64,000 nt of DNA, taken from the NCBI GenBank assembly GCA_963847705.1, contig CAWKBC010000017.1:224001-288000 (forward strand), read 5' to 3'. Origin of the DNA: an uncultured Pseudomonadota bacterium. GTDB taxonomy: Bacteria; Myxococcota_A; Polyangia; Fen-1088. Within the stretch, counting starts at the first letter, position 1, and the number at the start of each line of letters is the position of its first letter. The notes under the pieces are model-generated. The model was given only the letters and a program-made list of their open reading frames with translations, was not told the origin of the DNA and made no database searches. The position numbers were made by a program, and so were the translations under genes. Positions 9,458-19,747 of this stretch are shown here, piece after piece.

Positions 9458-9961
9458 ATGCCGCCGCTCGTCCCCGTCGTGGAGGTCAAACAGACGATGG
9501 CGGGGGGCGAGAAGCGCTTCGACTGCCTGCGCCTCGCCGGCGGCGCCGGGCACGCCGTTCTGCTCTGGATCACGCCGGCGCCGATGCGCGTTCATGGCGT
9601 CGAGCTGCCGGCGGGGACCATCAGCTTCGGGCACTTCTGGACCAATCGGTTCTACAACGTCTACCACTGGCTCGACGCCGACCGCCGGACGCTGGGGTTC
9701 TATTTCAACCTGGCCGACCGAACGCAAATCGGCGAGGCCGAGCTCGTGTGGCGCGATCTGGTGGTGGATGTGCTGGCGACCCCGGCCGGCCGGCTGGAGG
9801 TCCTCGACGAGGATGAGCTGCCCGTCCTCGTCGACCCGGAGGTGGCGGCCCACATCGCCGCCGGCAAAGCGGCGATTCTGGGCGCGCCGACTCTGCTGAT
9901 GGCGGAGATCGAGACCGCCTCCCGGGCGCTGTTCCCGCTGGCCTTTCCAGCGTCCGGTTAA
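9458..9961 (+). CDS. DUF402 domain protein
   Basis: RFYNVYHW, GFYFNLA, WRDLVVDVL, LEVLDEDEL motifs. Confidence 0.75.
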   Translation: MPPLVPVVEVKQTMAGGEKRFDCLRLAGGAGHAVLLWITPAPMRVHGVELPAGTISFGHFWTNRFYNVYHWLDADRRTLGFYFNLADRTQIGEAELVWRDLVVDVLATPAGRLEVLDEDELPVLVDPEVAAHIAAGKAAILGAPTLLMAEIETASRALFPLAFPASG

Positions 9962-10905
9962 GGGAGCTCGACCACCACGGGCTCGCGCGCGATCGCCGAC
10001 AGTGAGAATCCGCCGACGAGCGCGGCGGCCGGCAGCGACCGGCCGGGAGGACGAAGACCTGCCGAGGCGGCCAGCGCTCCCACCACGGTCTCGGGCGCCA
10101 CCCCCCGATCGCGCAGCGAGGCGAGCGTCGCCGGGCGCGTCCGCTTCGCCAGCCGCTCGCCGCCGGGCGTGACCACCAGCGGAACGTGTGCGAAGGCCGG
10201 CGGGGTCAGCTCGAGCGCGCGGTAAAGCGCGATCTGCCGCGGGGTCGAGCGCAGCAGATCGTCGCCGCGCACGACGCGCGTCACCTGCATCGCCGCGTCG
10301 TCGACGACCACGGCCAGCTGGTACGCGGCGGTGCCGTCGGCGCGGCGCAGGACGAAGTCGTCGACGCCACCCGCCTCGCTGGTCACCGCGCCATGAACCT
10401 CGTCGACGAAGTCGATCCGTTGCCCGCGGCCCACGAACCGCACGGCCGGCGCTCTCCCCTGGGCCTCCGCGCGCGCCGTCACGGCGGCGGGGTCGGTGTC
10501 GCGGCAGGTCCCGGGGTAGCGCGGCTCTGCCGCGGCGTCGTCATGCGGCGCGCTGGCGGCGCGGGCCACGTCGGCGCGCGAGCAGGCGCAGAGGAACGCC
10601 CGTTGCGAGACCAGCAGCCGCTCGATCGCCGCGTCGTAGTCTCGGGTGCGCTCGCTCTGTCGGTAGGGCGCGAACGGACCGCCGCGATCGGGCCCCTCGT
10701 CCCAGTCGAGCCCCAACCAGGCGAGATCCTCGAGCTGTCGCCGCTCGGCGTCGGGCTGCAGGCGTGCCCGATCGAGATCTTCGATCCGCATCAGGAAAGC
10801 GCCCCCCGCGCTGCGGGCGTCGAGCCAGGCGAAGAGCGCGGTCCGCGCGTTGCCGAGGTGAAGCTGGCCGGTGGGGCTGGGGGCGAAGCGGCCGCGGACC
10901 GGCAT
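9958..10905 (-). CDS. gluQ: Glutamyl-Q tRNA(Asp) synthetase
   Basis: GRFAPSPTGQLHLGN, RIEDLD, YQLAVVVDD, RGDDLL, RLAKR; 315 aa with no anticodon-binding domain. Confidence 0.9.
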   Translation of the reverse strand: MPVRGRFAPSPTGQLHLGNARTALFAWLDARSAGGAFLMRIEDLDRARLQPDAERRQLEDLAWLGLDWDEGPDRGGPFAPYRQSERTRDYDAAIERLLVSQRAFLCACSRADVARAASAPHDDAAAEPRYPGTCRDTDPAAVTARAEAQGRAPAVRFVGRGQRIDFVDEVHGAVTSEAGGVDDFVLRRADGTAAYQLAVVVDDAAMQVTRVVRGDDLLRSTPRQIALYRALELTPPAFAHVPLVVTPGGERLAKRTRPATLASLRDRGVAPETVVGALAASAGLRPPGRSLPAAALVGGFSLSAIAREPVVVELP

Positions 10906-11447
10906 CAGTAGACGATCAGCGATTCGATCTGCGTCCCCGCCAGGCGGTCCCGGCCGCGCAGAAAGCCGAGCTCGACGGCGAACGCCAGGACGCCGACCTC
11001 GCCGCCGAGCTCGCGGACCAGCTCCAGCGTCGCCAGCGCGGTCCCGCCCGTCGCCAGCAGATCGTCGACGATGGCCACGCGCGCCCCCTCCACCACGGCG
11101 TCGGCGTGGATCTCCAGCGTGTCGGTGCCGTACTCGAGCGCGTAGCTGCGGCTGGCGGTCCGGAACGGGAGCTTCCCCGGCTTCCGCACCGGCGCGAACC
11201 CGATCCCCAGGGCAGCGGCCACCGGGGCGCCGAAGATGAAGCCCCGCGACTCGACGGCCACGACAACCTCCGGCCGATGCGGCGCCAGCCGCTCCGCCAG
11301 CAGCTCGACGGTCTGTTTGAACGCCGGGCCGTCGCCCATCAGCGGCGTCAGATCGTAGAACAGGATTCCCGGCTTCGGGAAGTCGGGGATGTCGCGGACG
11401 CGGGCGCGCAGCAGCGCCAGGCGCGGATCTTCTGTGGGCGCGCTCAT
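10905..11447 (-). CDS. apt: Adenine phosphoribosyltransferase
   Basis: PDFPKPGILFYD, ESRGFIFG, RKPGKLP, YALEYG, VDDLLATGGT. Confidence 0.96.
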   Translation of the reverse strand: MSAPTEDPRLALLRARVRDIPDFPKPGILFYDLTPLMGDGPAFKQTVELLAERLAPHRPEVVVAVESRGFIFGAPVAAALGIGFAPVRKPGKLPFRTASRSYALEYGTDTLEIHADAVVEGARVAIVDDLLATGGTALATLELVRELGGEVGVLAFAVELGFLRGRDRLAGTQIESLIVY

Positions 11448-12193
11448 GGTGTCTCCCCCAGCGGCGGTAGGTAGCTCATCGGGTCACGAGGAATTTGCCC
11501 GCGTCGGACCTCGAAGTGCAAGTGCGGTCCCGTGGCGTGCCCGCTCTGGCCGACCAGCGCGATGCGGTCACCAGCCCGGACGGACTGCCCCTGGGAGACC
11601 AGCAGGACGGAGTTGTGCGCGTACGCGGTCAGCAGATCTCCCGCGTGCTTCAGCACGATCAGATTCCCGTAGCCGCGGATGCCGGCCCCCGCATAAACCA
11701 CGCGGCCGTCGGCCGCCGCGAACACGGGCGTGCCGACCGGCGCCGGCAGATCGATCCCCTCGTGGGGCTTGCCCCAGCGGGCGCCGAACGGAGAGCCGAT
11801 CAGGATGTGGATCGTCGTCAGCGGCCAGCGGAGCGCGGGGGCCGAGCCCAGCCCCAGATCGGCCGCGGTCGCGGCGCCGGCGGTGGGGTCCGGCGCTGCT
11901 TTCGGCGCGTCCCCGGTCATCAGGAACAACAGCGTCCCCGGCTTCACCCGCGCCGCGCTCTCGAAGCCATTCAGCTCCAGGATGTCCTCGGGCGGGACGC
12001 CCGCGCGCCTGGCGATGAGGTCCAGCGTCTCCCCCGCCTCGACCACGTACCAGTGTCCGGGCGGGTTCGTGGGATGCATCGGCGGCCGGTGGCCCTGACA
12101 TCCCAGCAAGAGCAGCAGGCCCACCCAGGCGACGGCCCGGGGGCCCGGGACGGCCGCCCGGAAGCGGAGACTAGGCTGCTGGCGCGCCGCCAC
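11444..12193 (-). CDS. nlpD: LysM + M23 peptidase lipoprotein (NlpD-like)
   Basis: Lipobox LLLGC; LysM VEAGETLDLIA; M23 motifs HEGID, YAHN, GPHLHFE; downstream of pcm; start uncertain. Confidence 0.8.
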   Translation of the reverse strand: MAARQQPSLRFRAAVPGPRAVAWVGLLLLLGCQGHRPPMHPTNPPGHWYVVEAGETLDLIARRAGVPPEDILELNGFESAARVKPGTLLFLMTGDAPKAAPDPTAGAATAADLGLGSAPALRWPLTTIHILIGSPFGARWGKPHEGIDLPAPVGTPVFAAADGRVVYAGAGIRGYGNLIVLKHAGDLLTAYAHNSVLLVSQGQSVRAGDRIALVGQSGHATGPHLHFEVRRGQIPRDPMSYLPPLGETP

Positions 12194-12869
12194 CGACACC
12201 GAACCGGCCGAGGAGGTCGACGTATCGGCAGCGCGTGTCGTAGGAGATCGTGAAGTCGTCGCCGGTGCGACGGACGAGCGCCAGCGTCTGCTCTTCAGTG
12301 CCGCCGAGCGGTATGACCAGGCGGCCACCTTCAGCCAGCTCGGCCGCCAGGAGCGGCGGGACGCGCGGCGCGCCAGCCGAGACGATGATGACGTCGTAGG
12401 GGGCGTGCGCCGGCCAGCCGCCGCCGCCGTCGAACGTCTCCAGGGTGACGTTGCGAAGGCCGATCTCGGCCAACACCCGACGCGCGCGGGCGGCCAACGA
12501 GGGAACGATCTCGATGGCGAACACCTCCGCCGCCAGCTCTGCGAGGACGGCCGCCTGATACCCGGAGCCTGCCCCCACCTCCAGCGCGCGATCGGTCGGG
12601 TGAACCTCCGCCAGCTCGGTGGCGCGCGCCACCATGTAGGGCTGCGAGATGGTCTGGCCGTGACCGATGGACAGCGGACGATCGTCGTAGGCCATCGGGA
12701 GCAGGCGTTCGTCGACGAAGCGATGGCGGGGGACCAGCCCCATCGCCCCCAGCACCCGAGGATCGCGGATCTCACGGTGTACGAGCTGCTCGATCACCAT
12801 CGCCCGCCGCGCCTCGGCGAAGTCGTCGCCACCGTCGCCACCTCCTCGCCCCCCCCGCGTCTCGTCCAT
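12171..12869 (-). CDS. pcm: Protein-L-isoaspartate O-methyltransferase
   Basis: VPRHRFV, GQTISQPYMVA, LEVGAGSGYQAA, APYDVI. Confidence 0.95.
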   Translation of the reverse strand: MDETRGGRGGGDGGDDFAEARRAMVIEQLVHREIRDPRVLGAMGLVPRHRFVDERLLPMAYDDRPLSIGHGQTISQPYMVARATELAEVHPTDRALEVGAGSGYQAAVLAELAAEVFAIEIVPSLAARARRVLAEIGLRNVTLETFDGGGGWPAHAPYDVIIVSAGAPRVPPLLAAELAEGGRLVIPLGGTEEQTLALVRRTGDDFTISYDTRCRYVDLLGRFGVGGGAPAA

Positions 12870-12877
12870 GACGGTGG

Positions 12878-13675
12878 TTAACTCTTAGCGCGTTCGATCG
12901 CGGCGTGCACGAATTTCCCCACCTGCCAGTTGCCGAGCTCGCCGATGAGCCCGGTGTGGGTGAGGTCGAGGCCGAGCGGCGTCACGGAGGCGAGGCCGTC
13001 GCGCACGGCGCTGAGGTCGGAGCCCGGCAGATCGGTGGCGTTCTCCTCGGGGCCGCCGATCCAGTAGTAGGCGCGGCCGCGCAGATCCTGGCGCACCTCG
13101 ACCTGATCGCGGTAGACGCGACGGCCGAGGAAGGTCACGCGGTAGCCGGAGACAGGACCAGCCGGCAGGTTCACGCTCAGCAGCGAGGCGTCCGGAATGG
13201 CCCTGTCACCGCGCCGGAGGATCTCCTCCGCCAGCGCCGCGCCAAAGCGCGCGGCGTGAGAGAAGTCCTGTGGGCGGCGCCGCTCGAGCGACAGCGCCAG
13301 CGCCGGCACGCCCCGCAGCGCGCCCTCCACGGCGCCCGCGACCGTCCCCGAGTAGAAGACGTCGGAGCCGAGGTTGAACCCGTTGTTGATCCCCGAGACC
13401 ACCAGCGCCGGCCGTCGGGGCACGAGGTGCATCAGCGCCAGGTAGACGCAGTCGACCGGCGTGCCGTCGATCGAGAAGACGCCCTCCTCGATCTCGTCGA
13501 CCCGCAGCGGGCGGTCGAGCGAGATCGAGTGCGAGGCGGCGCTCCGCTCGCGATCCGGCGCCGCCACCATCACCTGCCCGATCGCCGCCAGCGCCTCCCG
13601 CGCCGCGCGAATCCCCGGCGCCCCCACCCCGTCGTCGTTCGTCAGCAGGATCAGCGGCTGGTCACTCATCTTCAT
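12878..13675 (-). CDS. surE: 5'/3'-nucleotidase SurE
   Basis: ILLTNDDG, GTPVDCV, VSGINNG, YSGTVAGA, SVTPL. Confidence 0.96.
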   Translation of the reverse strand: MKMSDQPLILLTNDDGVGAPGIRAAREALAAIGQVMVAAPDRERSAASHSISLDRPLRVDEIEEGVFSIDGTPVDCVYLALMHLVPRRPALVVSGINNGFNLGSDVFYSGTVAGAVEGALRGVPALALSLERRRPQDFSHAARFGAALAEEILRRGDRAIPDASLLSVNLPAGPVSGYRVTFLGRRVYRDQVEVRQDLRGRAYYWIGGPEENATDLPGSDLSAVRDGLASVTPLGLDLTHTGLIGELGNWQVGKFVHAAIERAKS

Positions 13676-13677
13676 TA

Positions 13678-13753
<76 letters not shown>

Positions 13754-13799
13754 CGACTTTTGTTCTTGAGCTTCGTTTGGTCGTTTCTTTGGTTCTCTT

Positions 13800-14207
13800 C
13801 TACTTTTCTTCCGCGCAGATACGTATCAGATCTTGAAGCCCTTGCTTGATCTTTCGTAGCGTTTCCGGGGCGATTCCGGTCTGGGCGGCGGGCTGTGCCG
13901 GGACCGGCCCCTCTTCGTCGTGGCCGAGCGCGCGCAGGCGGGTGCGGGCCCCTTCGATGGTGTAGCGCTTGTCGTAGAGCAGGTGGCGAATCTTGAGCAA
14001 GAGCTCGACGTCGCGCCGCTTGTAGAGGCGCTGCTGAGAGCGGGTCTTCTGCGGCTTCACCGACTTGAACTCGGTCTCCCAGTAGCGAAGGACGTAGGGC
14101 TTCACGCCGCACAGACGCGCCGCTTCGCCGATCTTGAAGTAGGGCTTGTCCGGGATCCCCGAGCCGTCCGTCGGTGGCGCGCGGCGGGGCGATTTTCCTG
14201 GCCTCAT
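13800..14207 (-). CDS. MerR family transcriptional regulator
   Basis: IPDKPYFKIGE, VLRYWETEF, YTIEGAR; conserved downstream of ihfA. Confidence 0.92.
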   Translation of the reverse strand: MRPGKSPRRAPPTDGSGIPDKPYFKIGEAARLCGVKPYVLRYWETEFKSVKPQKTRSQQRLYKRRDVELLLKIRHLLYDKRYTIEGARTRLRALGHDEEGPVPAQPAAQTGIAPETLRKIKQGLQDLIRICAEEK

Positions 14208-14232
14208 TCCCGGGGCCTCAGCGTCCGCCGGC

Positions 14233-14511
14233 TCAATCGTTGAGGACGTTCTTCAGGACCTGGCTCGGCTTGAAGGTCAGCACGCGGCGCGCGCTGATGG
14301 TGATCTCCTGGCCGGTCTGCGGGTTGCGTCCCGCGCGCGCGTTCTTGTCGCGCACCACGAAGTTGCCGAACCCGGAGATCTTGATCTTCTCCCCGCGCTC
14401 GAGCGTCTCCTTGATCGTGTCGAACACGGTCTCGACGATCTCGGCGGCCTCCTTCTTCGAGAACCCACCAACCTTCTCGTAGACGTTCTCCACAATGTCG
14501 GCCTTCGTCAT
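14233..14511 (-). CDS. ihfA: Integration host factor alpha
   Basis: MTKADIVE...KISGFGNF...GRNPQTG...TFKPSQVLK; follows pheT. Confidence 0.95.
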   Translation of the reverse strand: MTKADIVENVYEKVGGFSKKEAAEIVETVFDTIKETLERGEKIKISGFGNFVVRDKNARAGRNPQTGQEITISARRVLTFKPSQVLKNVLND

Positions 14512-14580
14512 GACCATACGTTCTATATCATCGAACCGGCTGGGCTGAAAAGCCTGCGGCCGCGGCTGAGGTCGGGCGGC

Positions 14581-17015
14581 CTACTGTCGAAGGACCACCG
14601 AGGGGGCCGCCTTCAGCGCCGCCACGATCCTGGCGTGGGCGGCGTCGACCTCCAGGTCGGTCAAGGTCCGATCCTCGGCCCGGTAGACCAGCGTCCAGAG
14701 CATCCCCTTCTTGCCGGGGGGCGCATAGCGCGGATCGCGGTAGTCCTCGAGGACGGCCAGATCGCGCAGCAGGGGCTCGGCGGCCGAGACCAGCAGCGCC
14801 CGCTGCGCGTCGGCGCTCACCGCGGCGTCGATCCAGAACGAGAGATCGCGCGACGAGGCGGGGAAACGCGGCGGGGCCACGCTGCGGACCGGGCGCCGCT
14901 CGCCGGCGATCGCGTCGAGCGCGACCTCCAGATAAAACGCCGTGGCGTCGAGGCCCAGCTTTCGCCGGAGCCGCGGGTGAATCTCCCCCACCTGGCCGAT
15001 GAGGTGTCCGGCCGTGCCGCTGGTGCGGATCTCGGCCGAGACGCCGGGGTGAAACAGCGCGGGCGCGCTGGCCGGTGTCGTCGCTGGGGCTGCCGGCACG
15101 AACGCCGGCGCCTCGACCCCCAGCACGCGCAGGAGCTCGCGGGCGATCTGCTTGGCGTCGAAGAAGTCGACCGCCTCGTCGGGCTTGAGCCAGCCGGCGC
15201 GGCGGCCGACCACGATGGCCGCGGCTGCCGGCGTCTCGACGGGGGCCTCCTTGGGATCGGCCGCGCGGCGGACGATCGGGCCGACCTCGAACAGGGCGAC
15301 GTCGGTGACACTGCGGGCGAGGTTCCGGCGGGCGGCGTCGACCAGGCCGGGGAGCAGCGACGTCCGCATCACCTCGTAGTCGGCGGAGATCGGATTCTTC
15401 AGCGCGATGCCGTCGGCCAGCCCGCCCCCCAGCGCCGCCAGCCAGGGGCGCGGGACGAAGCCCCAGCTGACGATCTCGGTCAGGCCGATGGCGGCCAGCG
15501 CGTCGCGGGCCCGATCGGCCAGCGCCTCGGGGCTGGGGGCCGGCGCGCCGCTCCCGCGCGGCAGCCGCGCCGGCGCGCGGTCATACCCGACGAGCCGCAT
15601 GACCTCCTCGACGAGATCCTCTTCGATGGTCACGTCGGGACGGAAGGTCGGCACGGTGGCGGCGATGGCGTCGGCGCCGTCGGGTGCGCTGGCGATGCCG
15701 ATCGCCGCCAGCTTCTCGGCGGCCTGCCCGAGCGGGATCTCGAAGCCCGCCAGCCGGGTGAGGCCGGCCGCCGAGAGCGTGACCCGGCGCGGATGCTGCT
15801 GCTGCGGGTAGCGGTCGATCCCCTCGCCCGCCAGCGCTCCGCCGCCGAGGCGGGCCAGCATCGCCGCGGCCCGCCGGCTGGCGTGCGGCACCCCTTCGGC
15901 GTCGACGCCGCGCTCGAACCGGTGCGACGCCTCGCTGTGCAGGCCGAGCCGCTTGGCGGTCCGGCGCACGGCGCGCGGATCGAAGGTCGCCGCCTCCAGC
16001 AGGACCGCGGTCGTCGTCGCCGAGACCTCGCTCTCGGCGCCGCCCATCACCCCCGCCAGCGCGATGGCCCCCTGCCCGTCGGCGATCACCACGTCGCCCT
16101 CCTGCAGCGGGCGCTCGACGCCGTCGAGCGTCTTGAGCTTCTCGCCCCGGTTGGCGCGCCGGGCCTGGACGATCCCGCCCCGCAGCCGATCGAGATCGAA
16201 GGCGTGCAGCGGGTGGCCGGTCTCCAGCATCACGTAGTTGGTGACGTCGACCAGGTTCGAGATCGCCCGCACGCCGCAGGCGGCGAGACGCACGCGCATC
16301 GCCAGAGGGCTGGGCCCGACCTTGAGGCCGGTGATGACGCGGGCGGCGTAGCGCGGGCAGGCCGCCGGATCGCGGATCTCGACGTCGACGCCCCGCCCTT
16401 GCGGCAGCGCGATCTGCGCGACGTTGTCGACCGGCGGCAGCCGCCAGGGGGTCTCGAACAGCGCGGCGACCTCGCGGGCGATCCCGGCGTGCGAGAGCGC
16501 GTCGGGCCGGTTCGGCGTGACGTTCACCTCGAGGATCTCGTCGAGCAGGCCGACGTGGCGCGCCAGATCGGCGCCCACCGGCGTGTCAGGAGACAGAATC
16601 AAGATTCCGTCACCTTCTTCGCCGAGCGCCCAGCTCGATCTCGCTGCAGATCATCCCCGGCGACATCACGCCGCGGATCTCGCGCCGATCGAGCGTCTTG
16701 CCGCCCGGCAGCGTCGCGCCCGGCTGCGCCCAGGCGACCTTGCCGCCCGCGGCGGGAACGTTCGGGCGCGCCGCAGACGACCTCTTCTTCGGCGCCGCCC
16801 GCCGCCAGGCGCACGATCGACAGCGTGTCGGCCGCCGGGGTGCGGCCGCTTGCCGCAGCACCTCGGCCACGACCACGCCGGTCAGATCGCGCCCCCGGCG
16901 CTCGACCGACTCGACCTCCAGGCCGGCCAGCGAGAGCCGTCCCGCGACGCTGTCGGCCGTGACGCCCGGTTTGAGGTCGACAGAGCTCGCGCAGCCAATT
17001 GAAGGAGATCTTCAC
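14581..17015 (-). CDS. pheT: Phenylalanyl-tRNA synthetase beta subunit (apparent frameshifts at about 16600-16990)
   Basis: MKISFNWLREL start; VTPNRPDALS, NYVMLETGHPLHAFD, RFERGVD, EEDLVEEV, MRTSLLPGL; N-terminus split across frames. Confidence 0.92.
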
Positions 17016-17029
17016 GGGTCGTCTCTAGC

Positions 17030-18113
<1,084 letters not shown>

Positions 18114-18172
18114 GGCGCGCTCGTGACGTCCTTCGACGTTTGAAGTTGCCGGGCGCGTCGGCGGGCGCGCGG

Positions 18173-18526
18173 CTAGGCCGCGGCCTGCGCGGTCTCGACG
18201 ACCTTCTTGAAGGCGGCGGGGTCGCTGATGGCGAGATCCGAGAGGATCTTGCGGTCGATGGCGATGTTGGCCTTGTCGAGCGCGGCGATCAGCCTGGAGT
18301 ACGAGACGCCCAGCTCGCGCGCGGCGGCGTTGATGCGCACGATCCAGAGCCCACGGAAGTCCGGTTTGCGCTTACGCCGGTGAAAGAGCGCATAGCGCCA
18401 CTTGCGGTGGACCGCTTCGACTGCGGCCTTCCAGAGCTTGGACCGACCGCCGCGGAAGCCCTTGGCGGCCTTCCGGATCTTGTTGCGGCGATGACGGGAC
18501 TTGTAACCACCTTTTGCGCGCGGCAT
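18173..18526 (-). CDS. rplT: 50S ribosomal protein L20
   Basis: AKGFRGGRS, LWIVRINAAAR, IDRKILSDLA. Confidence 0.97.
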   Translation of the reverse strand: MPRAKGGYKSRHRRNKIRKAAKGFRGGRSKLWKAAVEAVHRKWRYALFHRRKRKPDFRGLWIVRINAAARELGVSYSRLIAALDKANIAIDRKILSDLAISDPAAFKKVVETAQAAA

Positions 18527-18550
18527 GACTTGGCTTTCCGACTTTCTACG

Positions 18551-18754
18551 CTAGGCGTAAGGGAGCATCGCTTTGATCTGATGCTCTTGGGTCTTGCTGA
18601 CGTAGGCGCCGCGGCGGAGCTTTCGCTTCGCGCTGGACGACTTCGCACCGAGGTTGTGGCGCAGGTAGGCTTTCTTCCGCTTGACGCGCCCGTTGGCGGT
18701 CAGCTTGAAACGCTTCTTCGCGCTGCTGTTCGACTTCATCTTGATCTTGGCCAT
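18551..18754 (-). CDS. rpmI: 50S ribosomal protein L35
   Basis: MAKIKMKSNSSAKKRFKLTANG...MLPYA. Confidence 0.96.
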   Translation of the reverse strand: MAKIKMKSNSSAKKRFKLTANGRVKRKKAYLRHNLGAKSSSAKRKLRRGAYVSKTQEHQIKAMLPYA

Positions 18755-18892
18755 GACGGAGCGCGGAAGTATATCGATCTCGAACCTTTGGGCAAGAGAT
18801 TCCATGCCACATCGAGAACTCTTCCGCAGACCCTGTTACAGAGGCATCTTGGAGCGGTCTCGGGCCCCGAGGGCCGCCATCGAGGTCCGCCA

Positions 18893-19747
18893 TCATGGTT
18901 CCCAGCCCACGAAGACGCTGGCGATGACGTTGGTGCGGTCGTCGCCCGCCACCGGGGCTTCGGCCAGAAACGCCAGCCAGAGCCCATGCGCCAGGGCCGA
19001 ACGCATGCCGGCGCGCGGGGTGATGCTGATGAGCGTCACCATTGGCGCCACCTCGCTCCGGAGGCTGCCTCCGGCAAAGAGCGCGAAGGCGGGCTTGGGG
19101 GCGAACCAGACCTCGGCCAGAGCCGCAGGCTGGAGCTGACCGTGGGCCTGCCCCCCGGTGACGATGAGCGGTCCGGCCAGCGACACCCCGCCATCGGCCA
19201 GCCAGCGCCGGCTGAGCCGCGCGCGGCCGCTGGCCCCCAGCTCGAGCCCGGTCTCGATTCCGCTCTGACGGGCGGTGTCGATCGGCAGCAGAGCCCGGGC
19301 GTAGGCGGCGACGGCAGCGCGCGCGCCGCCCGCCAGCAGCAGGTGATAACCGACCGTCGCGGGCCCGAATGAGGCTTCGGTCGCCGCCAGTCCGGCGTCG
19401 TTGACGTACTGGTAGGTGATGAGGTCGACGGCGAGAGAGATCCCGCTCCGGGCGTTGATCCGCCGCCGCGCGCGCACCGTTCCGCTGGCGACGATGCGCC
19501 CCTCGAAGTCGGGCGCCGCGCTTCCGTCGAAGAGCTCGCCGCGCAGGCGCAGGGAGAGGTCGGAGCCCGGACAGGTTTCTGGGATGGCGCCGAAGTCGGC
19601 CGGTTGCGCCGCCTCGGTCCCTCCCGCCAGCGGTCCGGCCGCCGCCTCGAATCGGCCCGGACAGACGCCACCCGCGAGCTCGGCGCGCGCCGCGCCGGCG
19701 GCGCACAGAACGCAGCCGAGCAGCGCCGCCGCGACTATCCCTCTCAC
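18893..19747 (-). CDS. Hypothetical exported protein, probable outer-membrane beta-barrel
   Basis: Signal peptide ending ARA; amphipathic beta strands; C-terminal VFVGWEP; GTGA overlap with the upstream gene. Confidence 0.55.
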   Translation of the reverse strand: MRGIVAAALLGCVLCAAGAARAELAGGVCPGRFEAAAGPLAGGTEAAQPADFGAIPETCPGSDLSLRLRGELFDGSAAPDFEGRIVASGTVRARRRINARSGISLAVDLITYQYVNDAGLAATEASFGPATVGYHLLLAGGARAAVAAYARALLPIDTARQSGIETGLELGASGRARLSRRWLADGGVSLAGPLIVTGGQAHGQLQPAALAEVWFAPKPAFALFAGGSLRSEVAPMVTLISITPRAGMRSALAHGLWLAFLAEAPVAGDDRTNVIASVFVGWEP

